Assembly (NCBI GenBank): GCA_030704615.1
Contig: CM060732.1
Span: forward strand, 44,330,001 to 44,394,000
Reading direction: 5' to 3'
Length of the DNA: 64,000 nt
Source of the DNA: Takakia lepidozioides
Taxonomy: Eukaryota; Plantae; Bryophyta
Shown piece after piece: positions 61,646-64,000 of the stretch. A program made the translations under genes and the position numbers. The stretch's first letter is position 1; each line of letters starts with the position of its first letter. Under the pieces are notes generated by a model. That model worked only from the letters and a program-made list of their open reading frames with translations. It was not told the origin of the DNA and searched no databases.

Positions 61646-64000
61646 TCAAAATGTGGGTGGCCCATTTGGGCAAGAGGCATCTTCGTCTCCAGCGTGCCAC
61701 AAAAAGTGGGCATAGTTAGCTGCATGAAATGAGTTGGAAGGATCGGATGCCATAGCAGCTTGATAGGCCCTCTCTGCTGCAGCTTGGTCAGCACGGGCCA
61801 GCCACAGAAAGCTGGCAAATCGGCCCAATACTTCCCCATCAGATGGATCTGCCTGCATCGCTTGGTGAAAGTAGTCTTCTGCTCTGTTATCACCACCCAA
61901 AAGATTGCCATCTTACAATGTTAACAATATGCTGTAGATTCTTTCCATCTACACCCTTTCTCTTACCCTACCTGAAAACTTGCAAATATGGTGGGAGAAA
62001 CAAAATGCAGACAAGCCCATTTCAACAAAGTCTTAAACCCTCTAAGCACATGCAACACATACATTTGGGAGGGGATGTGGATAAAGCAGAAGTAATATCA
62101 AACAACCAAACACAGCCACCAGAGTCACAGGGACAGGACCCGACGTGCCAAGCAACACCTCCAGACTGTTTCTGAATTGCAAGCCCAGAACACTGGAGAG
62201 AGATGAGATAGAGAGAAGGAAGATGAGATTTCACCTGTTATTGTCATGCCGACAGACATAGAGGAACTGGGCATAGTTTGCAAGAAGCAAAGTACTGGTA
62301 GGCTCCATGCTGAGAGCATGCTGGTATTCCAAATCCGTCCTATCAAAGCATGCATAATCATCACGTTCCAGGGTTACAGACACGGGAGCCACTAGTCTGC
62401 TTATGGTTCCCTGATCAAGTTGTACATAGTGGTAAGGCTCTCCCACTTTCAACTCCAACTCTCTAGCAGTCTCCTCAAGCAATGACTGTAAAGAGAACTG
62501 CTCTGACACTCTTTCCACCGTGCAGGGGAGACCCTCTCCCTGGATGCTCGGATTTGAGAAGGACTGACTTCCTAGTTCTACCATGACTTGGTGTCCCTTA
62601 GGCCCAATGTCCCCGGTAGATTGCTGCCAAGATGCACTCCCATCCACAAACAAAGTTGCACCTTCATGAGGGCTCACAACCTGATCCGGGCCATAGCTAC
62701 CGGGGGAGGATTCCTTCTCAGAGTACAAGGCACCTCTTGGAGAAGGCCCCCACGACCGCCCATCTCCATCTGTACCTCCGGCCACTATCACCGTTTTCCC
62801 GTTGCTCCCTCCTGCTCCACATCCGGTTGGAACAGGCCCCAGCAGATCTGGAAAAGAGGGGAACTTCGACAGATTTTTGAATGTGAAGTCGGGCATCTGA
62901 GCATCATCCTTCACCATAACTTTTCGAACTCCTTGAGATTGCCAATTCTTGCAGTACGTGGCAATGGAGACAGGAGGCTCCACCGAAACCGCTGCTGCTA
63001 CCGCCAAATTCTCACCCATGGAGTAGACAGTGAAGTTGGCAAGAAGAATCATGACGGAGACCATGAGTTTTGGCGTACAGGAAAACACTTTCTGAAACAG
63101 CCACACGAACGAGGAGTGCATCTCCCATTGCACAAGCGCCAACAAATCCTTAATATCGCTCTCCAAAAAGAGGGCCTGTCGCATGTGCAGGGCATGACTT
63201 TGCACCACTTTAATCATATACACCATAGAAGAGAAAGCCTTCTTGATACAACAGCACGCGGATTCTCCAGCACCTCCCATTAATCCCCCACTGCATTTTC
63301 CTTGAACCCGTCGCTTCAAGGTCCGTAAGGATGCAGGCAGATTCACACCCTCAACTTGGCTTGACAGCCCGCAGATAGCCCTTGCTCTGTTTTGAGAAGA
63401 ACCATCAACTCCTTGCCTTGGGGAAGCCGGCAGCTGCTGAAATATGTTTGAACCCTCAGCGTGCTGCTTAGGCGAAAGATCCGCTCTATCCCCCACACGC
63501 TCAGAAATTTCTCGAGAATCCACAGTTCCGCGAGCGTGATCCTTGGCAACGAGCTTCTCATCCCCAGTGAGGGGAAAAGCGGCGACTTCCATGTCCCCTC
63601 TTGCTCCAAAACCTGTTGGGGGGCTCCACTGAAAGTTTCCCCTGTCCACTATGCCATGGGACCTTCCAAATCCAAACCTTTGACTCTCCTCATTCCTGTC
63701 CACAAGAACCGTTCCCTCGGCCTGCTTCTCCAGACCTTTCCATGACAAGTCGTGCCCGTCCTCTTCAATCCCTCGCGCTTCATCCCCTGAATCTTCTGTG
63801 AAGATTGCTCTGCACATGCTGGCATCCATACTGCGACTCAATGTTCGTCTCAAAGATGAACACTCACCCCATGCGCGCTCACCCACCGTGCTGCCCACAA
63901 GCGCAGACCCCAACGAAAAGGTCCGCCTAAATTTGCTCCCACCACAGGCCTTGCTCGACACCCTTTGACGGCTCTTCCTCGCTGACTGAGAATGGCATGA
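61646..64000 (-). CDS. TPR-like superfamily protein (At1g07280/At2g29670-like); exons >64000-62235 and 61883-61646, 5' end outside the window
   Basis: CCIKKAFSSMV..SSFVWLFQKVFSCTP.LMV.VMILLANFTVYSM and DRTDLEYQ..LLLANYAQFLY..HDNNR|AEDYFHQAMQADP..FLW..ANYAHFLW. GT-AG intron 62234-61884 is in phase; the frame stays open to the window edge. Confidence 0.9.

Noticed and set aside
62588-63283. 231-aa + strand ORF
   Set aside because: It is an antisense shadow of the TPR-like gene with no motifs.

Overview
Plant nuclear DNA, probably from a non-seed land plant (inferred from gene content; species not determinable). Apparently intact genes: two intronless MBOAT wax-synthase/sterol-acyltransferase-like paralogues (3654-4871 and 21475-22728) inside an old ~4 kb segmental duplication that also holds a decayed BTB/POZ gene, and a two-exon TPR-like gene whose 5' end runs off the right edge. 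Most of the rest is nested transposons with readable ends. A chromovirus-type Ty3/Gypsy element (24536-35992, TSD CGAAT) sits in a 117-bp satellite and carries a CACTA element (28556-33071, TSD GCA) in its RT. A four-level nest runs hAT shell (41610-60535, TSD GTTGGGAC) > MULE/SWIM element > second Gypsy copy (TSD ATAAG, split by a ~13 kb inversion) > CACTA (50344-55565, TSD TGG). The main finding is that the gene debris at 12.2-18.9 kb and inside both CACTA elements reassembles into OSB-type PDF motifs (WWDNR-intron-xPxxPDFK...LW...PxWV) fused in frame upstream of PLS-class PPR arrays with an E1 motif, in at least two diverged paralogues. This is a candidate organellar PDF-PPR family, seen here only as pseudogenic fragments carried by Pack-CACTA elements. 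At least six separate inversions occur in the window.
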